Part shown: in pieces, positions 38,490-51,265 of the stretch
Layout: each line of letters opens with the position of its first letter
Numbering within the stretch: position 1 is the stretch's first letter
Source: Geosiphon pyriformis uo1
Lineage: Eukaryota; Fungi; Glomeromycota
Reading direction: 5' to 3'
NCBI GenBank assembly: GCA_016748015.1
Contig: JAAOMT010000222.1
Span: forward strand, 127,924 to 191,923
DNA length: 64,000 nt
Notes under the pieces: model-generated
Database searches by the model: none
What the model was told of the DNA's origin: nothing
What the model saw: only the letters and a program-made list of their open reading frames with translations
Translations under genes and position numbers: made by a program

Positions 38490-41150
38490 TAGTTTTCAAA
38501 ATAAAGTATAAGACTATTTTGATAAGTCTAAATAAATAAAAAAAAAACAGCTAAATATACAGTCTCAAAATATGTACATAAACCATTTTTTTGTGAAACT
38601 ATAAACACTACCAAATTTTTATGATATTATTTAGAAGTTTTTTACTAGAAAATATATGTTACAATAGAAGAATATCATAAAAAAAACAAAATATTTAGAA
38701 AGATTGTGAGTTAATTGAAAAAATATTTTAACAGATGTGATTGCTATTTTTTTTTATAATTTTTGGCCAATCTAATTAGAAAACTGCTTTAGTCTTTTGT
38801 AGTAATTGCTATTAACATTGATAATAAAAAACTTTGTAACATAATTATTATTTGGCTTATCAATTACTAGTGATTATTTTTTATAGTAAAAAATTTGAAT
38901 TAATCAAAATATTCTAATATTTAAATCCCATTTCTCAATCTGTTTGTGTTGATATAATTAAGAATAAAGTTATGAAACTCTATGTTTTAGATAAACAAAA
39001 ATTAAGAGTAATTACTATTTTTATTATGAAATGTCTTTTTTTTTATCTATATTTATAACATAATAAACTAGATACTATCAAGTCCAAAATTTTTTTATAT
39101 TAGATTTTTGAATATTTTCTAATAACAAAGTCTTTATTTCTTTTATTACTTATTATATTAATAACAATTAGAATCTTTAACAAACAATAATTGATTTTAG
39201 ATTAATAAATAGATAACATAATAGAATAAATATTACAAACAGATTTTTAAAGTATTAAAAAATTATAAAATTACATCAAAAATATATACATATATTTTTG
39301 CATAAATTTGGGTTAGTTAATAACCAATGTTAAAATCAGCATACTATATAGTATATTAGTATTATTTGAAGCTCAGAGTTATCATAGTGTTTATATTATT
39401 AAAAATTGCATTTTTTAATGTTGGTTTAAATTAGTTTTTATTATTGCTTTAGAGCTAAATTTTCAGCATTATTATCATTTAAAACTCAAAGTACTATAGT
39501 GCCCATATTATCAAAAATAGCATTTTTTTAATATTAGCTTAAGTGGTTTTTATTATTGTTTCAAGCCAAATTTTTAGCCAAAAAAGTTAAAAAAAAGTTT
39601 AAGAAAAAGTTACACTTACTCTTTTTTTATACAAATTTATCATTAATTTTATTAGTTATAACTTAATTTTTTTTGACAGCTTTTTGTTATTACCTTTAAT
39701 AATACTGCAAATAATAGTACTTTTATAAAAGAATTAGTAAAAAAATTAGAAGAGAAAAACATTCAATAAAACTTGAAAGATCTTTGATTTTAATGCTTTA
39801 ATCATATTTTAAACTTGGCAGTACAAATAGCTCTAGATAAAATAAAAAATGCTATTTTTAAGATATTTGTTAAAAACCCAAACCAAATATATTTATCTGA
39901 AATTTTTTTAATATAAACTTTGTATAAATTAAAGATTAGAGAACTTAATTCTGCAATTTGTATTTTATCTTAAAGTTTTAAGCTTCTTAAATACATTTGT
40001 AATACATGTCAAATTAAATACTATAAACTTATTCTAGATTGTTTTACTTAGTAAAATTCTACTTACAAAATAGTTAAGAATAAGTTATTTTTTAAATTAA
40101 CAAGTTATTTATTTCTGATTTCATATATTTTGAATATAAAATTCTAACTGTAAATTTATAGACATTAAACACCTTTATTAGCACTTATATTGATCTTTAT
40201 CAATATGTTATTTTACATGATTAGTAAGCTGTTTTCAATAAAATTGCTAAATTTCTTAAACTATTTAAAGATATTATGGTCAAAATATTAGCTAGTTTAA
40301 ATAATACTGTCTTTTCAATTATTTTTCTCTTTAATATTATTTTTAATTACATTAAAAACACAGTTGATGATAATAAATTTGGTAAAAAATTATAATTTCG
40401 ATTGTATTTATTTGGTTATTTATTTAACATATTTAATATTAAATCCATTACTTGTCATGACAGCTAAAGCAACAAAAAAAAAGTTGGTTGAATATTACTC
40501 TAAAACAAATACAATTGTAATACTCTGTACTGTATTGGATTCAAAGAGAAAATTCTATTATTTTACAAAGAGGAAATTTTTGGATGACAATATTAATAAA
40601 ATTAAAAAATTATAAGTTATTAATTTATTTAAATGGTTTTATTTTCTAACTCTTATACAATAAATAAATCTTTAAAATGTGTACTTTTTTTAAAATGAAA
40701 TACACACTAAACATTATACCAACATCAAATAACAGTTTTTTGTTAAATGGCAATTTTAATAATACTATAGTATCAGTTATATAATTTATATTAGAGACAG
40801 ACTTTGATGATAATAAAAAACTTAATGAAATTGATTATTATATTTTTGAAAAGATGGCCAATAGAAAAATGAATATAATGGCATGATAGAAGATATATTA
40901 CAAAAAATATTTATCTAAATTAACATTTTATTAATAATTTAATATTTAGATACATTAAACACAATTTTTTTATCTTATATGTATAACTTGTAATTATTTG
41001 ACAATCCAAGAATTATTTGTTGCTTTTGAACGTGCTTTTTCTGCAGGTAAGAATATAATTACAGATATGAGATCTTACTTAGTGCCTAAAACTATAAAAA
41101 CAGTACAGTGTTTTTGATTATAAATACAGAAACCATTAAAAAAAAATTAA
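38490..41150 (+). pseudogene. hAT transposase relic (BED finger, DDE core, dimerisation domain), intron-containing
   Basis: KV*DYF (BED VW.YF), ITFNNTANN (TxDNAxN), CFNHILNLAVQ (CxxH), LDCFT**NSTYK (TRWNSTY), TVLDSKRK (LDPR), LFVAFERAFSAG (SVxSERxFS). Confidence 0.82.
39354..39578. repeat. Tandem duplication of a ~113-bp unit inside the hAT element
   Basis: atttgaagctcagagttatcatagtgtttatattattaaaaattgcatttttt...gctaaattttcagc is followed by atttaaaactcaaagtactatagtgcccatattatcaaaaatagcatttttt...gccaaatttttagc. Confidence 0.7.
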
Positions 41151-43539
41151 ATAATAATATAATATAATATAATGTTTTTAATAGTCAAACTTGAACATAT
41201 TTATAAATTTCGAATTGAACTTGAACCAGATTTGTTGTATGTGTTTGGGTTCAGTTCAAGTTCAGTAATTTTAAGTTTGGTTTAAGTTTAAGTTCAAAAT
41301 TTTGCCAAATTTTCTGTTTAAGTTTGGTTTAATTTAGTGGTTTGATTAAACTTGAACCAAACCAAACTGAACATCAGAACTCTAAACCAAACTAAAATTT
41401 CTGAAACACATAATAGATAAAGATAGAGTAAAACCAAATTCCAACAAGATTAAAAAGGTCAAAAACTTTCTAGCTTTAACCAATTTATGAAAACTAAGTG
41501 AATTTTTAAGACTGGCTAGATATTATTGCAGATATGTTAAAAACTTCTTAGACATTACAAAACCACTTCATTATCTACTGTCAAAACATATTCTATGCTT
41601 ATAAAGAAAATAACAGCAAAAAATTTCAATTATTTTAAGCAATGTTTAATAAAAGCACTAATATTAATTTATTTAAACTTCAATACATACTTTATCATTA
41701 TTATAGATGTTTCAAAGAATACATTAGAAGCTGTTTTGTTACAAATCAAACCAGACAATTGAAAACACTTAATCACCTATACTAGTTGCAGTATTAGTGC
41801 AGTAAAAAAAATATATAGCATAACAGATTTGAAATGTTTTACTATTTATTAAGCAGTACAAAATTGGAGATACTACCTTTGCCAATTATTTAACCTATAT
41901 ATGGATCACAAAAAACTTATTTAGTTACTTAGCAAGTTATAACAAGAAAAAAGATATATATAATAGAGTACTTATCTGCAACAATTTCCATACAAAGTAT
42001 ATTATAAAAAAGAAACCAAAAATACCAATGCTAACAGTTTATCAAAAATAATACAAATCTGACCTTAAACTCATAAATACAACCACCTATTAATAATTAC
42101 ACCAGTATTTATTAATACTGTAGTTTAAGAAAAAATTATCTTAACAGAAACAAAGTATTATATAGAAACAAGCTCATAATTACTTTATTCAAAATAATCA
42201 ATTATACTATTAAGAATGCTAAAACTGTACTACCTTATAACAAATTATAAAAAACAATAAAAAAAAACTGTTTTGTATAGCATATACTCTAATTAAACTG
42301 CAGAACACTTTAACAAAAACATTACTCTAGAAAAAATAATAAATATATATTATTGTGATTTATTTTAGTTGGAAATTCATTTAATAAAATTGGGATCAAT
42401 TTGGTTGGTTTTTTTTCAATTATATCTAAAAAAAATTGTTATATTATTGTAGCTATAAACTATTTTACCAAATAGCTTAAAGCCAAAGCTATTTAAGTGG
42501 CCAATGTTAAAACAATAGCTGAATTTGTGTATTAGAATCTAATTTGCCAACATGGATGTCTGAAAAAATTATTTTCTAACCAAAAAACTCATTTTTTTAA
42601 TAACATATTAGCTGAACTAAGCCAAAAATTTAAAATAAAGCAATTATTATTATCACTATATTATTTACAAATAAATAAACTGGTAGAAAAATTTAACTAA
42701 ATATTGTATAAAACATTAGCAAAAATAAATTACAAAAATACACAAAAATAAGACTTATTTATACTTTTTGTATTATTTATATACTAAACATTAAAGCAAA
42801 TACTATCCAATTTACATTATTTAAACTAGTTTATAAAAGAAAAGTTATCATATCTATTAAACAAGAAATACTTTTTTTCTTAATAAAAACAATTACTAAA
42901 GAAAATTTTAAAGCTATTTTGTACCAAAAAACATACCAGCTTATAAAAACATTAAAAAACAATTATAAAACAACAGTTAATAATATTAATAATACTCAAA
43001 AATAACAGAAAAACATAACAATTGCCTATTTAACCAACCAGTTGAATTTAAGATTGAAAACAAAATATAGTTATATTGTACTAAAACTAAAAAACAGTGG
43101 AATAAAAAGTTTAATTCAAAATAAGATAAATTATTTTACATATACAAAGTTTTAAGCAATAAAGCTTATAAATTATAATTAAAGAAAAAATTTTTAAAGA
43201 AAATAGTGCATAAAAATTGTCTAAAAATTTATCATATCAATTAAAAGTTATTGTCATTTATATCTCAACTAAAAACACATATTTTATTAATTAGATTAGA
43301 AGATATATTATAAGATCTGGAACCAATTATTATTATTAAAACAAAAAATTATAAAAATAATTTTACGCTAAATAATAATTCAAATTTTTGTTAATAATAC
43401 TATTTTTTTTTTTTTTATTACGTTTTATGAGTGAGGTCCAAACACTACCTAGAGCTATACATCAAAGAAATGACATAAACTAAGTGTAAATCATGCTCTT
43501 TCTACACGCGACCAGCCACTTAGGCTGATCAAGACAATA

Positions 43540-46500
43540 CTATGCAGCTATATGTACCAAAACAGAATCACCAACACCAGAAAAAAAAAAACATTGTTTA
43601 TGAAAGCCAAAACGAACGCCAAGAGCTTCAGCCACACCAAGTAGCCTAATGATGCCAGCCGAGAACCTAGAAGCCAAGCCAGGGATTGAGATAGGAACTG
43701 AACCATCAAGTGGGATGAGATTATTTTTTTCCATAAATGCATGATGCTTAACTTGAACTAACCAAATATCATTCCTAAAAGCAAAACTAAGGGAATGCAC
43801 AAACTCAACAATATTCGAACTAGCAACCTTGTGAGATTTGAAAACAGAAACAGTTTCATGAAGCCACTCACTAAAAACAAACCCTTTAAAGAGAGCCATA
43901 AATACAGAAACATTAGAGGCACAAGAAGACAACAATTACAGCATGCAGGAAGAAGAGAGAGACAGGCCAGAAAGTATCCTCCAAGATTTCGAACATGGAT
44001 TCAGTATCTAAAGACATGCAGAGTCATCAACCTTGTAAGAGAAAACATGATCTGATGTCTCTACCTCACCACAATATAAGCACAATATGCTGGGGTATCT
44101 TCTGTTATATAGGCATTTACGAACAGCAATAGGTAGCCGGTGGTGCAATGCCTTCATAAAAAAACTGCATGCATCTGCTATAGGCTTGCTAGTGTGGCCA
44201 GTGGCCATGTGTGAATCAGGATGCCATACCAGTAAAGAACAGGACCAATCAATGTCTGCAAACAAACTGGCAGGCAGAAATTTAGAACCAGAACCAATCT
44301 CCCAGTGCACACGACTGATGGAACAAAAAATATCATGAACAAAATGCCTAAAATTGCCAAAAACAGCCTTACCATCTGCCAACAAGAAGCGCGCATACAA
44401 TTGAGAAGGAAGGAACCAGCCCGAGTGAAAAGAAGCCCCAGCTATAACATCAGCACGTTCATTTCCAATCACATCAGAGTGACTTTTCACTTTGTGCCAT
44501 TCAACCATCAAATTTTTGCCACAAATAACATTTACAATATGCTGGTGTTCAACCCAACAACAATTGTGAAAATTCGGACGCACCAGACCCAATTCTGACT
44601 TGCAGGCATCTAGAGCAGCTTGACTATCAGAGAACAGATGAACAAAACTAGAATGGAAGACACACTCCAGTGCCAGTACAATAGCTTGCATTTCCGCCAA
44701 AGTAGAAGACAACAGACCCAAAACTCCAACACCCAAACCCAGATCAATATCACTGAAAAAAACTCCAGCCCCAGCCACACAATTCTTGGTACCAAGGTTT
44801 GTTAGAGACCCATCCGTATAAACAGAAATGCTACTAGAAAGAACTTGGGAAAGCTGATCACGAACCAACACAAAGCCAGGAGAGGCGAGAATACTCTGAA
44901 GACTCACATTAACCAAAGCAAGAGAAGGGGCATGAGGAAAAGACATACCAGACAGGAACTCGACAGAAAGCATAAACCACTTAGGAGTCAGGCCACAGGA
45001 GTCCAACCTCTTCCACCGTTTGAATTTGTACCAGTCAAACATGGCACCATGACAATCATGAAGTTGGTCAACAAAGGCAATGCTATATCGCTGGAGTGAA
45101 GGAAGGGACCTGACAAATCTAGACTTACTGAGAACAGTAGACATGGGTATTCCACCACAAAGCCAAAATAGACTATCAAAAAAACCACTCAAAGATAAAT
45201 TGCAATTGAGGAAAACACAAACGACCCCCACTAAAAAGTTATTTAAAGGGCTGACTCGAACACGAACAGGAACACTCAAAGGATGAACAGGGCGCCAGCA
45301 CAAAACTTGTAAGTCATGAGACCTGTGGGAGAATAGGCAACCCAGAATTCCCACTGAGTTTGCAAAACAAATAAGGGAAGCAACTTTACTCTCCGATTGA
45401 ATCTGGACAAAAGATTTCAACCCATAGAATGAAGGGTAATGAATCGTGTCACTAGGAAAATCAAGAGGTAATCCAGACTTGGATTTCAAGCCCCTGCAAA
45501 TCAAAGCATCCCACTTATTACACACACTAACAAGAACAAAACTAAACTGAGTCCTATAACTGATGATGGGGTGGAGGACAGCTGACACTAAATATAGAAA
45601 TTGTTTGTCCGATACGGTCTTTTTTAGAACCAAATTGATAAAAAAACAAACATCTGAATGTGCCTTTGCCAGGCTGGGCTTTGACAGTCTTTCAGATGAC
45701 ACAAAGATACCCAGATAACGATGTGATTTGCCTGATTTAGCTATTGAAATAGAAGACCCATTAATGAAAAGAGAAGGTGTACTGGCACGGCTATTAATTG
45801 GAATGATCACTGTCTTATCATTATTAATAGAAATATCATTGATGCGGAAAAATTCACTAGCCACATCAAGAATGTGTTGAGTGGCAGTCTGACTGCTACC
45901 TACTCAGATTGTATTGTCCACAAAAGTGCCAGCAGTGAAGAAAGACGACAAACCAGCCTGAGACTCCACACAGCCCGTCTTAGCAACAAAATAAGAGTTT
46001 AACCTGTAACCATACACACTTTCCTGCCTCTTAACTTTGTACAAGAGAGGATCATAAAATATATGCCAAAGAAGAGGTGAAAACACCTCCCCTTGGTCCA
46101 AGCCATCGTGTACATGATAACCATTTGTTAACCCAAAATCAGTCATAACCCAGTTGGTGTAACCACCATGAATATTTCCAAAAAACCTAATAAATCTGCA
46201 GCACATTTTTATTCTAACCAAACTTTTCTTAAGATGATCCCAACCGACCAAGTCATATGCTTTCCACATGTCTTGTAAAACCAGCCAGAGCTCCCGGTTT
46301 TTTTCAAGAGCATCTTCGATTACCGAACCAATTGCAAAAATGGGAGACTGAGTTGTAGTGCCTTTGAGAACTGAAAAATTGTCCCCACGAAGAACATTAA
46401 ACTTGCTACATGCCAAAGAGATCCTATCAAAGAGAATTTTGGAAAGAATTTTTTGAGCCGTCTCAATTAGAACAATAGGACAAGTGTTTGTGAGCATGTC

Positions 46501-48228
46501 TTCCCATTCATAAGATTTGGGAATCATCAACACCCAGGCTTCCTTCCAAGCACCGGGCATAAACTCACCACAAAGACAAGAATTAATGAGCACCAAGAGC
46601 ATATCAAGAACAGATTTGTCACAGTGCTTCCAAAGTTTATTGGAGATGTCTAAGAGACCAACAGTCTTGCCATCAGGTAGGTCAGAGACCATGCCAAACA
46701 TCTTATCAAAACTAACACAGCTCATCACATCTAAAAAAGCACCATCAAACACGTAATTCAAAGGCCGATATTGGCGAAACCAATTTTCTGGAATATCAAG
46801 AACCACTCCATGTTTACGAGTCCACCCCTCCATAATCTTATCTACTTTTTTTTTAACAGGATCAGGTTCCAAATACAGCTCATCACCAATGACCAAATGA
46901 TCCAAAACCACCTTGCAGAAAGATCTTTCCAAGACACTTCTAATAGTATGACTCTTGTTAGATTCAAAGCTCTCCATCCTCTTATCAATAGCAGATCTGA
47001 TTTGTGAATTTTTAGCACGTTTTGATTCTGACAACTTTGAGGCACAATAAGACTTCCTGGTTTTGGACAGAGCTGAACAAATGTCGTCAAAAGGAGACCT
47101 TGAGAAAAAAAAAGACCTTACTACAGCAGCATCAGCAGAATCAAGCAATTCTCAAGTATCAAGCAATGATACAAACACATCACAATCAACAGAATGGGAA
47201 GCTTTGACCAACTTGGACACCAAAAGTTCTAACTTATGGAACCTGGATGAATGCTTAGTGAAAACACCGTCATAATCTTTAAACCATTTTTTTCTGAAAA
47301 CTTCACTCGCCGAAAAGCTCATTGTTTTCTGAACAGCATCCCACATCATATCCAAATCTGACAGTTTCCTGGTGGCTAAGAAATCATCAGAGAACATGGC
47401 AGCATTCACTGCTGTGGCCTCCTTGAATCTCAACCACAAGACAACACCAGCATCCTTAAAATTGTACTTCCAATGATCCCTATTGGCCTGCTTGCAAACA
47501 GAACACAAATGTGTATCCAAGAGACCACCTAAACCAATCAATGCAGAGATGGCATGATGGTCAGTATCAAAGAAATCGGACACATCTAGAACATCATAAT
47601 CCACAATAGCATTGACCAAATTGGGAAACACAAAAAGATAATCAATTGTTTTTGTCACATCTCAGAAATTATTCCATGTTGGAACTTTCACAAACGAACT
47701 ACCAACAAAAAAGTTAACTAGACTCAAGCTACCACACTTTCTAAAACTGGCGCTTCTACACAAACCATCTTCATTGAAGTCACCATCTAAGACCACAAAG
47801 GATGATTCATTCACAGCACTAGCAATCAAAGCATTCACATCATCGGCCTGAGAAAAGCGCACCAAAGCTGACGCACCAGCATACAGACCCAAAATAAAAA
47901 CCAAGAGTTTATTCCTAAAAAACAACTTAACAGAAATAAGATGACCAGGGACCTCAGAAACTTTGTACACGTGCTTGGCCAGAGAATTGTTTATAATGAT
48001 TGCCACCCCAGAACCAAGATGACCAGAATTCAAACCAGAAATGAAGACCCGAACACCATCAAATTTGCTAGCAAACCAAGGCCGAATCTTATCTTTTAAC
48101 TTCGTCTCAGTAACAATTGAAACTAAATTGTTCCTATCTCTGTGCCAACGTATAATGTCCTCTTGCTTTGCTGAATTGTTCATTTTCCTGACATTACACG
48201 TGGCTATTTTCCATATTAAATCATTCAT
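43540..48228 (-). pseudogene. LINE copy 3 ORF2 (APE-RT-RNase H-Zn knuckle)
   Basis: MNDLIWKIATCNVR start; GDFN, IDYLF, TDH, QDMWKAYD, GLDQGEVFSP, FVDN, YTDGS, KVKSHS..GNERAD, CLYCGEVETSDH; several stops. Confidence 0.92.
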
Positions 48229-50080
48229 TGAGGTACAAAAGAGACTGCAGAACCCGAGCCAGCATACATCTGATTTAACTTCCTCAATACCGAACAAACC
48301 GAAGCTTCGAGAGCCACCAACTTTGACTCCAAGCAGCCCACTTTCGAAGTCAGAATTTTTGAACTACTTGAACCCAAACTTGAGACACCAGAGGAAACTG
48401 AAGAAGGAGGAACAACCACAGAATCAGATTCATCCAAAACCATATCCGAACCAAATATCATATCAACCAAACCAGGAGCAACCAAGGGCTGAAAAAAGGA
48501 GACAAGAGCCAAGGGCACCAGGGTTAAACTGTCAAGTTTGTTAATAATACCGGACATCTTATCCATGAGAAGTTCCAAAGAGCACTCCAAAGAAGTGAGA
48601 CGAGTTTCCAAAATTGAACTAACAGGATCCATAAGAGACGAGTGACCAACCAAACCTGAGACGCCAGGAGAAGAGCCAAAACCAGGACCAGAACCAAAGT
48701 GAGGATTATTAGATGAAGATGCTAGAGAGACAACCTGGGCCCATGACTTGCCACTGAACGCAGCCAGTCTGGAAATAGGCACACTCTTTTTCGCATATAG
48801 CTTGGCCAACTGGAAGTGGTTCTCATTAGAAACAACCTTTTTAAATGACTTGGAAAGTTTAGGAGAATGTGAGATCTCAGCATTACACTCCAGAACAGAA
48901 TGACCAAGTTTCCCATACCGTTCACACTGAACCAGGTCCAATCTAGTCCAAGAAAGTTTCACCCCACCAAAAACAGGCTCCATACGAAATGCAGACTCCA
49001 AATCCTTGTCATTTTTAAAACAAACCACAGCACAACGAACCCTATTACTAGTGTCTAAGGATCAATTTATGACACAAGTTTTTCCACCAGCCCCTGCCAA
49101 AAGATTGCCAAGATCATGAGCCGTTGTTCCCACCGGCAAAGTAAACAAAAGTCCCCTATACCGATCTCTAGATGTCCACGTCTCACGATCCTTTATAGCT
49201 TTGGCCACATGCACAGAATCTTTCCCAATTAAGAATGACCACTTAGCTGCCAACTGATCTGCCTAACTCGATTCAGCAAACTTCATTACAGCCTTCTGTC
49301 ACAGCCCAATGAGTTGCAATCAGATCGACACCACTTGACCAAATTCGGACACTGCGGCAATGATCATTTTTTTTGGCATATCCATGAGAATTTCTTTGAT
49401 AACTATGGCCTAATTTAAACAAACTCCTTGTCTCTTAAGATTGCTGTTTACCATGATGTCATTTTCCCTGGCCAATAAAGTGGTCTTTTCTATGCTTTCT
49501 GACGAAGTAAACGTCGATCTAATGATCCCTTCAAATTTTGAGGGGGTAGTGGCCCCCCCAAAACCATTGATTCGTGAAAACAATTTCCTTATAACCTGAG
49601 TTTTAGTCGTCGCTGATTTCCCTTCCACAGCCAAAAGATTGATGTCCAAAGCAAAAGATTTCTTCACAGCTATCTCCACCTGAGTTTTAACAATTTTGGA
49701 GTTCACCCACACCTTTTCCAAAGAGAAAGACAAACGGAGGAGGGGAGGGGGGGGGGAAGAGAAATTTTCTCCTCATCATCCATGTCATAATTAATAGAGC
49801 CGAGAGGAGAACTGATAGCTGCACCAGTATTGAAATGCTTTGCATCGGGCATATTCATTTGGGAGTCAGAAGTGCTTTTACCATCAGAGATTCCTCCATC
49901 CATATCCATGCTAACAAAATGCCTGTCCACACAAACAGACCTACCATCCTTGAGACTTATATCTGCACTTGAAACTTTAATATTACCAAGAGACTTTTTG
50001 ACTTTCTGAGTTGAACCTCCACCAACTGAACCAGCGGTCGAGACTCTGGCTAACCTTTTCTTAGCTCCAGGCCCACTCAT
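48225..50080 (-). pseudogene. LINE copy 3 ORF1 (different N-terminus, MSGPGAKKR...)
   Basis: Fragments 49703-50080, 49410-49733, 49062-49253, 48225-49028; frameshift in a G-run near 49740-49756; KSFALDI, GFGGA, LLFTLPVGTTAHDL, AFSGKSWAQV. Confidence 0.85.
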
Positions 50081-50216
50081 AGTGGCAGCCAGTTTAACAA
50101 CAAAGGGGTTTGTTTCTTGTGAAATAGTGGAAGACAGTATGCAAAATAGAAAAAACTTCTTTTTTAAAAATTTGGCTCTTTTTGAGGAATTTGGGACAAA
50201 AGAAAGAAAGAAGTTT

Positions 50217-50710
50217 CTTATATTTTATTTTAAGAATAAATTTTAATTTTACTATTTTATATTAATATTTTGAAATTGATTAATTATTAATTTTAGTAAT
50301 TATTAGTATTTCCAAATTTGAATCTAATGTAATTTTCTTAAATATATTTTTTATTTTTTTTGTTTGTTTGTTTTTTTGTTTTTTTTGTTTTTTTTATAAA
50401 TAATCTATAATTAAGATTTTTTATAGAAAAATTAACTTTTATAGCAAAGTAACTACATATTAATTAAAAAGTTTCCAAATAAAATTTTTTTATAAAAAAA
50501 TTAACTTTTACTGTAAAGTAACTACACAAAATAATTGATACAAAATTGGCTATTTTATTATAACTCCAATAATATATACAATTTAAAGTATAAAAAATAT
50601 TTTGAAAAAAAAATTAGTTTATTAAAGATTTATTAACTTTTACTAAACAGCAGAATTAACAGCAAAATAATATTAATAACATTAAAAAAAAAATAGAAAA
50701 ATTTTTAATA
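50217..50710 (+). mobile_element. Gypsy family A leader/gag-start fragment
   Basis: Direct paralogue of ~20985-21540, e.g. atagcaaagtaactacata and aatatatacaatttaaagtataaaaaatattttgaaaaaaaaattag. Confidence 0.65.
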
Positions 50711-51265
50711 ATAATATATATTTAAATATTTTAGAAATTAGAAGTTTTAATTTTAAAAAACAAGAAAAACAGAAGTTTTAATACATAATATTTTATTTAT
50801 TTAAATTTTAAAAACACTTAATTTATGAAAAAATACACAATATTTTTAATATATTTTTATATTAAATTTAAATTTTTTTCTAAACTTGATTTTTTAAGTT
50901 GTGTTTAATAATATTTTTAAATCTGATCTATTTAATATTATTTGTATTTTTATAATTAAACTTTTAATAATTTTTATTATACTGTCTTTTTATAGTATAA
51001 AATACAAAATCTAAAAAATCTTTTAATTTAATTAAAACACAAATAATTTAATAGTCTATTAAAAAAAATTTCTGTATATTTAATATACTATAAACAATTA
51101 TTATATTAATTAATAAAAACAAAAAAAAAACTTCTTTCTCTCTTTCGTCCAAAATTCCCAAAAAAGAGTCAAAAGTTTTTTTGAAAGAAGTTTTTTACCA
51201 TTCAGTATGATAAATCAAAACTATTTTTCGATTACAAGGCCACTGTTGGCTCTGTTATTGCTGTT

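Larger units (their letters stand above)
38128..41384 (+). mobile_element. hAT-superfamily DNA transposon
   Basis: TIR taaagttttaat (38128) versus atcagaactcta (41373-41384), consensus TAGAGTTCTGAT differing only by transitions. 8-bp TSD aactaaac (38120-38127) / aaccaaac (41385-41392). Subterminal GAAC/GTTC repeats at both ends. Confidence 0.9.
37500..43240 (+). pseudogene. Gypsy family B RT - RNase H - integrase relic (split 38128-41392 by the hAT element and its TSD)
   Basis: ORF 37906-38088 (MLFGLYNTP...VYLNNIN). RT reads through the insertion as DKCFFKKTK | LKFLKHIIDKDRVKPN, the typical KC.F....L.FLGH.I...G..PD motif. Confidence 0.85.
30700..43400 (+). mobile_element. Degenerate Ty3/Gypsy LTR retrotransposon (family B) with dUTPase, interrupted by a hAT element; 5' end approximate
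   Basis: gag knuckle CYYCQKSEYIIKDC (~34558-34600); protease KLIFDSKFTDSII (~35215-35255); Cys-rich region; dUTPase; RT (IQFCIDY*KLN, FNVMLFGLYNTP, VYLNN); RNase H (IDVSK, ADSLS-like); integrase (IGINLVG, INYFTK*LKA, HGCLKKLFSNQKTHF, GPF/Y-like tail). Order PR-RT-RH-IN defines Gypsy. Confidence 0.85.
43403..50216 (-). mobile_element. Full-length LINE, copy 3
   Basis: Poly(A) 43403-43416, conserved 3'UTR, ORF2, ORF1, 5' start CTTCTTTCTTTC at 50213. No convincing TSD. Confidence 0.93.

Noticed and set aside
49736-49757. G-run as a functional G-quadruplex or programmed frameshift
   Set aside because: Present only in copy 3; best explained by slippage in a Pro-codon C-tract.
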